Assembly (NCBI GenBank): GCA_002329325.1
Contig: DCTX01000026.1
Coordinates: 183,917 to 245,537, forward strand
Length of the DNA: 61,621 nt
DNA from: Anaerolineales bacterium UBA1429
GTDB taxonomy: Bacteria; Chloroflexota; Anaerolineae; UBA1429
Direction: 5' to 3'
The notes under the pieces: generated by a model
What the model was told of the DNA's origin: nothing
Databases searched by the model: none
Seen by the model: the letters and a program-made list of their open reading frames with translations, nothing else
Translations under genes and position numbers: made by a program
Shown here: positions 27,354-36,400 of the stretch, piece by piece
How the letters are laid out: each line of letters opens with the position of its first letter
How positions within the stretch are numbered: position 1 is the first letter of the stretch

Positions 27354-28157
27354 ATGGGAGAGAAGCTGTTCGAGATCGCCGCCAAGATCACCAAGCCGGT
27401 CTCTCTGGCTGCCGCCATCGCCATCATCCTGTACGTGATCTACAAGGCCGTCCTCTCGCTGCCCGTCTTCTCCGCCCTGGGGGAGCGCGGCACCTTTGTC
27501 CTGCTGAACGCCATCACAGAGAAGGTCTTCTACCTGGCTCTGGCGGCCCTGGTGTTGGGGATCGCCTCGTTCTCGCTGCTGCGCTACCAGAAGGGGGCGG
27601 CCGCCCGAAAACAGCCGCGCCCGCAGCCGACGGTGCGCACCATCACCGGCAACGTATTCCTGAGCGATGGCAGGCCGATCCGGGGAGCGACGGTCTTTGT
27701 GGAGGGGGTTGATAGGCTGAAGGAGACCGATGCCAGCGGCTGGTTCTCCCTCGAGGTGGGCGAGCAAAAGGCCTGGGTCGTGCACGCCCTCTTCAAGGAC
27801 GAGCTGGCCGAGAGGGTCGTGCGCCGGGCCGACGTTCATCGCCCCGTCCGGCTGGACCTGCAATCCACCAAAGAGGTCCCCGGCGGCGCCCAGGCTCTGG
27901 AGCCCGGTGCGGCCGATCCGCCCAAGGAGATCGACGGGGCCATGCTGGATCCCGTCTCCCTCTTGAACCCTCTGCAGCAGGCCCTCGGCGCCGGGCCAGG
28001 TCGAGCGAGCGCCCCGCCGTCCGCCCCGGCCGGCGACGACGAGGCCGAGCGCCCCAAGATCGTGGTGAGCAAGGTGGAGTACCTCGTCACCTTCTCCGGC
28101 AGGAGCTACCAGGGGTCGCTCAAGCTGCTGAACGCCATGGGCGAGGGAAGCTCCTAG
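27354..28157 (+). CDS. Membrane protein with a carboxypeptidase-regulatory-like (CarboxypepD_reg) domain
   Basis: Two to three N-terminal TM helices, then ITGNVFLSDGRPIRGATVFVEGVDRLKETDASGWFSLEV. CAGGAG lies upstream. Confidence 0.6.
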   Translation: MGEKLFEIAAKITKPVSLAAAIAIILYVIYKAVLSLPVFSALGERGTFVLLNAITEKVFYLALAALVLGIASFSLLRYQKGAAARKQPRPQPTVRTITGNVFLSDGRPIRGATVFVEGVDRLKETDASGWFSLEVGEQKAWVVHALFKDELAERVVRRADVHRPVRLDLQSTKEVPGGAQALEPGAADPPKEIDGAMLDPVSLLNPLQQALGAGPGRASAPPSAPAGDDEAERPKIVVSKVEYLVTFSGRSYQGSLKLLNAMGEGSS

Positions 28158-28204
28158 CCCAGCGGCGAACCTCGCCGCCCGCGGCCGCCATGCGGGCCGG
28201 CCTC

Positions 28205-28576
28205 CTAGCCCACCAGCAACAGGTACAGGGTTACGGTCCCGCCCAGCGCTGTCAGCATCGGGGCGATCTGGTGCAGCCGCAGGATCGGCGTTCGTACAGG
28301 CCTATCCAGGCTCAAGGCGCCACCCGAGGCGATGGCCGCCACGAAACACACCGCCCAGGCGATGGCTGCGACCCAGATGGCCGCGCCGAGCGGCATGATC
28401 CGATGCTGCTGCACGAGCAGGGCAACCAGCCAGGCCGCCCCCGCCAGCGAGATGATCTTGTGGATCGTCAGCAGGGCGCTCGGCAGCGGTCTGCCCTTGC
28501 GGCTCAGCCAGAGCCCGGAAAGCAAGCTGGCCGCCAGCAGCACGAGCGCCGTCACGGCCTTGGTCATGATATCCAT
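28205..28576 (-). CDS. Small polytopic membrane protein (4 TM), unknown family
   Basis: Track ORF 28205..28624 trimmed to the ATG at 28576 after GAGGAG. It is the last gene of the protease operon. Confidence 0.55.
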   Translation of the reverse strand: MDIMTKAVTALVLLAASLLSGLWLSRKGRPLPSALLTIHKIISLAGAAWLVALLVQQHRIMPLGAAIWVAAIAWAVCFVAAIASGGALSLDRPVRTPILRLHQIAPMLTALGGTVTLYLLLVG

Positions 28577-28646
28577 GCAATTCTCCTCGCGTGTCCGCGG
28601 GCGGACGAGGGCCTTGGCCCCCATCCGCCCGCCCTTCTACCGGCCT

Positions 28647-31046
28647 CTAGCGCCGCGCCAGCCCAGCGATCCAGCCGGCCAGGCCCAGCAGCCCGATGGC
28701 GCCCAAGAACCCGAACAGATAGGGCTTCTCGGGCCAGTTCTGGCCATAGTGCGGCGCGCTCGCGGGCTTGTAGTTGAGGCCCGGATCATCCGGCGAGGGG
28801 ATCGCCGATGACTGCCCGGCGCCCACCTCCTGCTTGCCCGCGCTGGCCACGGTGTAGGTCCCCTGCTGGTCAAAGCGCCCGTACTCGATGGCGAACTCCT
28901 GTGGCTTGGCCTCCGCCCGATAGGCGGGGTTGGCAGCCAGGAACTGCTCCGTCTTGTAGGCCGAGACCTCGTAACGCACCTGGGTCCCCTCGGGCACATA
29001 GATCCATTCCTCGTCGTCCTTGAGATCGCCCGAGGCGATGGCGCCCGGGATCTGCATCTCGTACTCGCCGGTGTCATAGTTGCGGCCTACGTGGCGGCCC
29101 TGATCATCGTAAGCGTGCAGGTCGATGTCGGGCAGCGGCCCATCGTAGTTGGCCGTGACCGTGGGCGGCGCAGCGGGCGCGGGCACCGCGGCAGGCGCCA
29201 CCGCCGCGCCCACGATGCCCGTCGGCGTATAGACGTTGACGCTCACCACCGCCGAGTAGCCGTTGGCCGTATCTTCCGTATGCACCCTGAACTCGAGTTT
29301 CCGGCTGGGGCTCTGGTAGACGGTGCGACCGCTGGCCACCTGCAGGGCGGCACGCTCGTACTCGCGCCCCGCCACGCCATTGGCATAGTGGGCCCCCGTC
29401 TGGGGCGGCAGGGTGTTGATGGTATGGTGGTCGTGGGCGCCATCCCAGGTGACATGGTAGAGAACCACGCCGTTCTCGGGGGCGCCGTACCACCCGCCAC
29501 TCTGGCGGGCCTCCAGGAGATAGAACCACTCGGGGTTGGCGGAGTTGGGATCGTCCACCTGGAGCACCGTTGCGCTGCTTCCGCTCTCCAGCGGCGTGAG
29601 GGTGTATTGCTTGCCCAGCTCGACGGCCTGGTACGAGAGCCAGCCGGCGGCCTCTTTGGAGAACCCGCTCATGTGAACCGGGTTCGAGGCACGCGGATCG
29701 CCCCACCAGTTACCCTTCCCCATCAGCCCCCAGTTGTTGATATCGCCATATTGGCCCCAGGCCTGCTGATAATTGTAGCGGTCGCTAATGCGGGTCCACT
29801 TGTTGAACAGCAGGTGGCGCGCATACAGGGTGTGCCCCACCTCGTGAGACCAGAGGCCCAGCCCATCCTCCTCCGCCACCACCACCAGGCTGCCGGTGTA
29901 CACGGTGGATCTGTTCTCTGCGGGGCCCACCTCGATCTCGTGCCAGCGGCCGTTCTGCGGCATGGCGCACAGGGTGGAGAGATGGGCGGGCGAATTCGGC
30001 CCCCCGCTGGCCTGCTTGGAGGGCCCGGCATACACGACGATCACCCTCGCCAGGTTGATCTCTTCACGCGGGGCGCCATGCTCGAACGCCTTTTTCACGG
30101 CAGCGATGGCATAGTCACTCTCTTTGTTCGCATAGTCAGCCATACTGCCGCCGATGTTGAACCAGTCTCCGGCGCCGCTGCTGGCGTTGCCATCGGCATC
30201 CATGAAGGTATACGAGAGGGCCACGCGCCCGTAGGCGTTCTGCCCATAGTAGGAGTTGTTGTCCTGCGCCATCTGCTCAAAGTGGCTCAGCGGCATGCTC
30301 CCGGCCACGTCATCGGTGCCCGCCAGGATCACCAGGGTATCGCCCATGTCGCACAGGCCCTGATTCTGGGCGGCCAGGTACAGAGCCGCGGCGATCTGAT
30401 CCTCCGCGCCAGAGCCGGTGTCATCCCGGGCGACGAAGGTGTGCGAGCCGCAGCTCCAGATGATGACCCCCGCGGCGGCGGTGGGGCAGGATTCCTCCAC
30501 GGCATCCTCGGCCCCCAGCGCTTCGGCGAACTTGCGGACCATCTCCTGGATCATCTCCACCAAGTAACCCAGCAACCCGCCGGGATTGCAGATCTCGTCG
30601 TCCACCCGCATGACGATGCCGGGGCGCCCCTGATAGCTGGAGGCGGGCAGGCCGTTCTCGATCATCTTGTCGATGTAGAACTGCCCCCCCTCCTCGCCCA
30701 GGGTCAGGATGCGGGCATACTGGATGGAATCTTCGTCATAGGAGCCCCCGTTGTTGGCGCTGACTTTGGTGCGGTGCAGGAAGCGCAGCGCGCTGGAGGG
30801 CGGCCAGAGAACGTACATGGTCTCGTCATCGGGTTCCAGGTAGATGAGGCGGTGCCTTTGGATCGTGTCGGGCCAGCCCAGTATCTGGATCGCCTCCTGC
30901 ATCGTGCGTTCCTCGAGGGTCCCGCGGGCGGGCGCCGCGTCCTCAGGATCCTCCGCCAGAGCGCGTTGCGTCGGCAGCGCCGCCACGACGAGCAGACTGA
31001 GGACCAGGGCCAGGGCAGAGAGTAGGAAGATGCGTCTGGTGCTCAT
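28647..31046 (-). CDS. Secreted, C-terminally membrane-anchored zinc metalloprotease (HExxH; M6/InhA-like region)
   Basis: Track ORF 28647..32018 trimmed to the ATG at 31046 after AAGGAG. Signal peptide MSTRRIFLLSALALVLSLLVVAALP, zinc motif LWSHEVGHTLY, C-terminal tail PEKPYLFGFLGAIGLLGLAGWIAGLARR. Confidence 0.8.
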   Translation of the reverse strand: MSTRRIFLLSALALVLSLLVVAALPTQRALAEDPEDAAPARGTLEERTMQEAIQILGWPDTIQRHRLIYLEPDDETMYVLWPPSSALRFLHRTKVSANNGGSYDEDSIQYARILTLGEEGGQFYIDKMIENGLPASSYQGRPGIVMRVDDEICNPGGLLGYLVEMIQEMVRKFAEALGAEDAVEESCPTAAAGVIIWSCGSHTFVARDDTGSGAEDQIAAALYLAAQNQGLCDMGDTLVILAGTDDVAGSMPLSHFEQMAQDNNSYYGQNAYGRVALSYTFMDADGNASSGAGDWFNIGGSMADYANKESDYAIAAVKKAFEHGAPREEINLARVIVVYAGPSKQASGGPNSPAHLSTLCAMPQNGRWHEIEVGPAENRSTVYTGSLVVVAEEDGLGLWSHEVGHTLYARHLLFNKWTRISDRYNYQQAWGQYGDINNWGLMGKGNWWGDPRASNPVHMSGFSKEAAGWLSYQAVELGKQYTLTPLESGSSATVLQVDDPNSANPEWFYLLEARQSGGWYGAPENGVVLYHVTWDGAHDHHTINTLPPQTGAHYANGVAGREYERAALQVASGRTVYQSPSRKLEFRVHTEDTANGYSAVVSVNVYTPTGIVGAAVAPAAVPAPAAPPTVTANYDGPLPDIDLHAYDDQGRHVGRNYDTGEYEMQIPGAIASGDLKDDEEWIYVPEGTQVRYEVSAYKTEQFLAANPAYRAEAKPQEFAIEYGRFDQQGTYTVASAGKQEVGAGQSSAIPSPDDPGLNYKPASAPHYGQNWPEKPYLFGFLGAIGLLGLAGWIAGLARR

Positions 31047-31546
31047 TACGCTTGCGCTCCTTGCGGCACACGGGGGGTCAGGCGGCGGATCCACAGAACC
31101 AGGGTGGCAGCGGCCAGCACCCCCAGGGGGATCATCAGCCAGGACCTGAGGGGAGACACGGCATCGTACACCAGGTAGCCGATGCCGACCCACACCAGAT
31201 CCCACAGCAGGATGCGCAAGGTCAGGCCCAGGCAGCCCACCTTCCTGCGGGGGCGCCCTGAGCGTCGGGACCTGCGCCCGGAGGCAGGCGCCACCGGGAT
31301 GGCGGGCTGGGGCGCCCTCCCCTCGCGCCCCGGCGGAACGGCCGCCACCCAGGCCTCGTTGTGGTACACGAACCACTGGCCCGTGCCCTCCTGGAGCATC
31401 CAGGTGCGGCCGTACTCGTCGGTGACGCGGAGATCGTTCAGCCGTGCGGCATAGTCGGCCTGGCCGATCTGCCCGGCGCGGCGCAGGCGCTCCAGTTCGG
31501 CGTAGCCCTGCTCGGCCTGCTCGTACGTGAGCCCACCATGGTCCAT
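31046..31546 (-). CDS. SHOCT-like / W-rich domain protein with two C-terminal TM helices
   Basis: Track ORF 31046..31783 trimmed to the ATG at 31546 after AAGGGGGA. Sequence: YAELERLRRAGQIGQADYAARLNDLRV, then GRTWMLQEGTGQWFVYHNEAWVAA. Its TAA stop overlaps the protease ATG by one base (TAATG, shared base at 31046). Confidence 0.6.
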   Translation of the reverse strand: MDHGGLTYEQAEQGYAELERLRRAGQIGQADYAARLNDLRVTDEYGRTWMLQEGTGQWFVYHNEAWVAAVPPGREGRAPQPAIPVAPASGRRSRRSGRPRRKVGCLGLTLRILLWDLVWVGIGYLVYDAVSPLRSWLMIPLGVLAAATLVLWIRRLTPRVPQGAQA

Positions 31547-31756
31547 GCTTCCCCCTTGGAAAACGCGCATTGATTGGGCGATTATCAACAACGGATAGCG
31601 CCGTGTCAAGGCAGTCTGAGCGCCGGCAGATCGTACGCGCGCGGGAGTCCGGTATCTCGGCCAGAAGGGCGTCTCCTGACGTTGCCCCTGGGCGGTGACC
31701 TGGCCGAGGCGTAGCGCTCGCCCCGCGGGCTGGCGCGTGCCACGGGGCCGCGGACG

Positions 31757-31765
31757 TGGTAGAAT
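31757..31765 (+). promoter_or_regulatory. Possible extended -10 element (TGgTAGAAT) for the 31801 gene
   Basis: tggtagaat at 31757-31765, 36 nt before the ATG. There is no good -35 element. Confidence 0.3.
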
Positions 31766-31800
31766 CAGCGTGGCAACGAACACCCTGAGAGGAGGTCTCC

Positions 31801-32145
31801 ATGCTCCAAGTGCTCCAGATCATCGCGGCCGTGGGCACCATCGCCGTCGGCGTCGTGGCTCTCATCTGGCCCAACTCGACGACCAGCTTCATCGGCCTCG
31901 AGCCCACGGGGCCGCGCGGCATCACCGAGCTGCGGGCCGTCATGGGGGCCTTTTTCATCGCTCTTGGCGCCGCGCCTCTGCTGCTGCGCGTCCCCGAGAC
32001 GTTCCGAATGCTGGGCATCGCCTACCTGGCAGTGGCCGTGGTGCGCACCATCTCCATGTTTGCCGATAGATCCATCGTATCCTCGAACCTGATCAGCATC
32101 GCCTTTGAGGTGGTCTTTGGCGTCATCCTGGTGCTCAAGCGCTAG
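31801..32145 (+). CDS. Small 4-TM membrane protein (DUF4345-like)
   Basis: 114 aa, hydrophobic throughout. GAGAGGAGG lies upstream. Confidence 0.6.
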   Translation: MLQVLQIIAAVGTIAVGVVALIWPNSTTSFIGLEPTGPRGITELRAVMGAFFIALGAAPLLLRVPETFRMLGIAYLAVAVVRTISMFADRSIVSSNLISIAFEVVFGVILVLKR

Positions 32146-32173
32146 GCAGCGGGCGGCTCGCGAGGGGGGCGGC

Positions 32174-33298
32174 ATGGAGATCTATGACGCGCTGGGCGTA
32201 CGGCCCATCATCAATGCATCCGGGACGCGGACCCGCGTGGGCGGCTCGCTCATGCCGCCCGAGGTGGTGGCAGCCATGGCCTCGGCGGCCCGCCAGTACG
32301 TGGATATGGAGGAGCTGCACATCGCGGCGGGCCGGCGCATAGCTGAGCTGATCGGCGTAGAGGCGGCCCACGTGTGCGGCAGCGCCACCGCGGGCATCGC
32401 CCTGATGGCCGCCGCCTGCATGACCGGCTGCGACCCCGCCCGCATCGCCCAACTGCCCGAGACCGACGGCCTGCCCCACCGTTTTGCCGTGCAGCGAGGC
32501 CACCGCAACGAGTTCGATCGAGCGCTGCTGCTCACCGGAGCGCGTTATGTCGAGATCGGCGCCGATGCCGACGAGCTGGTCGCCGCCCTGGACGAGACCG
32601 TCGCCGGGGTCTACTACACCTTTGCCTGGTTCTGCCCCCCGGATGCCCTGTCGCTGCCCCAGGTGGCCGAGATCGCCCACGCTGCCGGCCGGCCCGTGAT
32701 CGTGGATGTGGCCGCTGAGGTGCCGCCCCTGAGCAACCTGACCCGCTACGCCGCCGAGGGCGCGGACCTGTATGTCTTTTCGGGCGGCAAGGCCCTCTGC
32801 GGCCCTCAGGCCACCGGGCTGATCCTGGGTCGGGCCGACCTTGTGGAGGCCTGCCGGCTGAACGATTGCCCCAACATGGCCATCGGCCGCGCCGCCAAGA
32901 CGGACAAGGAATCCATCTGCGGGCTGGTCAAGGCCGTGGAGCTGTATGTCGCCCGAGATCACGATGCCGAGATGGCCGAGTGGGAGGGCCGGGTGCAGCA
33001 GATGCTGACGATGTTGGGCGGGCTGGAGGGCGTGCGCGCCTGGCGCCAGATGCCGGCGGGCAGCGGCCAGTTGGTCCCCCACGTGGCGGTGCGCTGGGAC
33101 GAGGCCGCGCTGGGCCTCACCCACGCCGTCGCCGCCGACCACCTGCTGGCGGGCGAGCCGCGCATCGCCGTCCAGTTGATCAGCGCCGAGCACTATGGCG
33201 GCGCCCTGCAGCCCGAACTGCGCCTACACCCCCACACGCTGGCGCCGGGTCAGGCCGAGACGGTGGCCGAGGCGGTTCGCCGCCTCTTGCAGCGCTGA
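32174..33298 (+). CDS. SelA/DgaE-like PLP-dependent enzyme
   Basis: Track ORF trimmed to the ATG at 32174. Motifs: GVRPIINASGTRTRVGGSLMPPEV and the PLP-lysine motif VFSGGKALCGPQATG (compare SelA SGDKLLGGPQAG). Confidence 0.75.
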   Translation: MEIYDALGVRPIINASGTRTRVGGSLMPPEVVAAMASAARQYVDMEELHIAAGRRIAELIGVEAAHVCGSATAGIALMAAACMTGCDPARIAQLPETDGLPHRFAVQRGHRNEFDRALLLTGARYVEIGADADELVAALDETVAGVYYTFAWFCPPDALSLPQVAEIAHAAGRPVIVDVAAEVPPLSNLTRYAAEGADLYVFSGGKALCGPQATGLILGRADLVEACRLNDCPNMAIGRAAKTDKESICGLVKAVELYVARDHDAEMAEWEGRVQQMLTMLGGLEGVRAWRQMPAGSGQLVPHVAVRWDEAALGLTHAVAADHLLAGEPRIAVQLISAEHYGGALQPELRLHPHTLAPGQAETVAEAVRRLLQR

Positions 33299-33468
33299 TC
33301 GCCCCGCCCGGCGGCTGCGGGAGAGCGGCCCGTCTCGCCGGCGCCCGCCCCATCTCTTCGGGCATGAACCCAGCAGCGCCTTCTGCCTTTGGCCGCTCAC
33401 TCTGCTCCTCGGCCCTCTTGGCGTATAATGGCGGTAATGTCCCGCACGTTTGCCGACTGGAAAACAAC

Positions 33469-36400
33469 ATGCCCACCCATACACAGCCGGACTTGCGCCT
33501 GGACGCCATCGCCTTTGCCGATCCCGCCTCCGCCCGGCGCTGTCTGGAGCGGTTGCAGGCCGATGCGCGCACGGCGGGCCTGCTGGCGCGCCACAGCGGC
33601 GACCTGGCCTACGCCCTATCGCACAGCGCCAGCCCCGACCGGGCCATCCTGGCGCTGGAGCGCCTGCTCACCGGCGCCGACGGCGCCCAGGCCATCATCG
33701 AGACGTTGACGCGAGGGGCCCAGACCCTGCGCTCCTTGCTGGCGATCATGGGCGCCAGCCAGCTCCTGGCCGAGCTGCTCATCCGCGATCCGGCGCTGAC
33801 GCTGCGCCTCGACGATCTGGCGGCCCTCTCACGCCCCAAAGAGGCGGAGGAACTGGCCGCCGCGCTGCAGGCTCTCCTCGACGAGACGCCCCCCGACCAG
33901 CAGCTCGACGTGCTGCGCGATTGGCAACAGCACGAGCTCTTTCGCATCGGCAGTTGCGACCTCCTGGGCCTGCTGGACCAGGCCACGGTGACGGCGCAGC
34001 TCTCCCGTCTGGCCGACGTCCTGATCGCCGCGGCGCTGACAGTGGCCGCCCAGCGCACGGCGGGCGCCCCCGAGAACCTATGCGTGTTGGCGCTGGGCAA
34101 GCTGGGCGGCGGCGAACTCAACTATAGCTCCGATATCGACCTGCTCTTTTTGGCGGCCGGCGATGTGGCGCAGGCCATCCCTCTGGGCGAGGCGCTGATC
34201 CACGCCTTGGCGGCGCGCACGGCCCGTGGGTTCCTCTACCGGGTGGACATGCGCCTGCGGCCGTGGGGACGCACGGGGCCCTTGGTGATGACCGCCGAGG
34301 GCTATCGCGATTATATGCGTCACAGCGCCCGCCTGTGGGAGCGGCAGGCGTTGCTCAAGGCGCGGCCTGTGGCGGGCAACCTGGCCCTGGGGCTCCGCGT
34401 GCTGGAGGAGTTGAGCCCCCTGATCTACGACGTGCAGCCGGAGCAGGTGCGCGCCGATGTGCGCGAAAGCAAGCAGCGCATCGAGGACGATCTGCTGCGG
34501 CGGGGGCGCCAGTGGGGCGAGGTCAAGCGAGGCATCGGCTCGCTGCGCGATATCGAGTTCGTGGCCCAGATGCTCCAGCTCACCCACGGGGGCGCACACC
34601 CCGAGATTCGCACCCCCAACACCCTGGACGCCCTGGCGCGCCTGGCCAACGCGGGCCTCCTCTCCAGCGAGGACGATCGCGTCCTCGCCGAAGGCTATCG
34701 CTTCTTGCGGCCCGTGGAGCACTATCTGCAGCTCATGCACGGCCGCCAGACCCACAAGCTCCCCGCCGACCGCGCCGAGCTGGCCTATCTGGGGCGGCGC
34801 CTCGGCTTTGGAGGCGACGATCCGGGCGACGAGCTGATCGCCCACTATGAGCAGCATGCCGCCGCCATTCGCGCCGTCTACGAGCGCCACGTCTTGGGCC
34901 AGGTCGCCGATGCCGGCGCCAGTTCCACGGAGAGGGCCGCCGAAGTGGCGCGCCACGTGCAGCGCATGGCCCCCTCCTATGCAGAGACCTTTTCGCCTCA
35001 GGAGGTGGCGCGCCATGCCGACCTGGCCGAGCGATTGGGGCCCGACAACCTGGTCGAGGTCGATGCCCTGCCCCTAGGCAGCGATACGTGGCGAGTCACC
35101 ATCGTCGGATATGACTATCCGGGGGAGCTTTCGGTGATCTGCGGGCTGCTCACCGCCTATGGCTGCGATATCCGCGAGGGCGACGTCTTTAGCTACGAGC
35201 CCGCCGCTGGCGACGCCGCCGGGGGACCTCGCAAGATCGTGGACGTGTTCAGCGTGCACCGCTCGGCCTCGCAGCCGGGCGACTGGGAGGACTATGGCCG
35301 CGACCTGGCCCGTCTGCTGAGCGGCCTGGCCTCGGGCGAGCGGCGCGCCGTGCGCAGCGACCTGGCCCGCCTGGTGGCCGGCGCCGTGCGCGAGGCCAAC
35401 GTGGCGCCGAGCCTGGCCCCGATCGTCGTCGAGCTGGACAACGATTCCTCGCCGCGCTACACCGTCCTGTACATCAGCGCCCCCGATACCCTCGGCTTTC
35501 TCTACGAGTTCACCAACGCCCTGGCCGTGCTCGGCTATGACGTAGGGCGCATGACGGTGGATTCCAGCGGCGCCCGCGCCCACGACACCCTCTACCTCAC
35601 CGATCGCTACGGCCGCAAGGTGACCGATCCGGAACGCCAGCGCGAGCTGCGCGCTGCCACGGTGCTGGTCAAGCACTTTACCCATCTGTTGCCCCACGCC
35701 CCCGATCCGGGGCGCGCCATCACCCACTTTCAGGGCTTTGTGGCCCAGTTGCTCAGCCGCGCCGACTGGCCCTCCGAGCTGGCTTCGCTGACTCGCCCCC
35801 GGGTGCTGGGGGCATTGGCGCGGCTGCTGGGGGTCAGCGACTTTCTCTGGACTGACCTGCTGCGTCTGCAGCACGAGAACCTGTTCCCCATCATCCGCGA
35901 TGTGGAGGCGCTGGCCGAGCCCAAGCCCGTCGGGCAACTGCGCGCCGAGCTAGAGGCGGAGCTGCAACCTCTCGCCGATGACGGAGCAAGGGCCGAGGCC
36001 CTGAACGCCTTCAAGGATCGGGAGATCTTTCGGGCCGACATGCGCCACATCCTGGGCTACCTGGAGAGCTTTGGCGCCTTCTCCGGGGAGCTCTCGGATG
36101 TGGCCGAAGTGGTGGTGGAGGGGGCCTATGCCCTGTGCCGCTCCGCGCTAGAGGCGCGTCACGGCGCGCCGCGGCTGCTCGATGGCGCGCCCGCCCCCAT
36201 GGCGGTGCTGGCCCTGGGCAAGCTGGGGGGCCGCGAGATCGGCTATGCCTCGGATATCGAGCTGATGTTCCTCTACGCGGGTGATGGCGAGACCGCCGGC
36301 CCCGAGGCGATCAGCGTGGCCCTCTTTTACGAGGAGCTGGTGCGGCGCTTTCTGCAGGTGATCCGGGCGCGGCGCGAGGGCATCTTTGAGGTGGATCTGC

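Noticed and set aside
31047-32018. N-terminal 324-codon extension that turns the protease into a 1123-aa ORF in the track.
   Set aside because: The extension is Arg/Pro/Gly-rich. It overlaps the well-supported SHOCT-like gene in another frame and even crosses the divergent promoter region. The ATG at 31046 has AAGGAG and is followed by a classical signal peptide.
33401-33429. TATAAT box (33424-33429) upstream of glnE as a promoter.
   Set aside because: The -10 element is perfect but the -35 position reads tctgct and there is no TGn extension. This is too weak to list as a feature, although it is consistent with the ATG at 33469 being the start.
32866-33468. 201-codon upstream extension of glnE (the track gives 1392 aa).
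   Set aside because: It overlaps the SelA-like gene out of frame and is low-complexity (Arg/Gly/Ala/Pro). The GlnE homology begins after the ATG at 33469.
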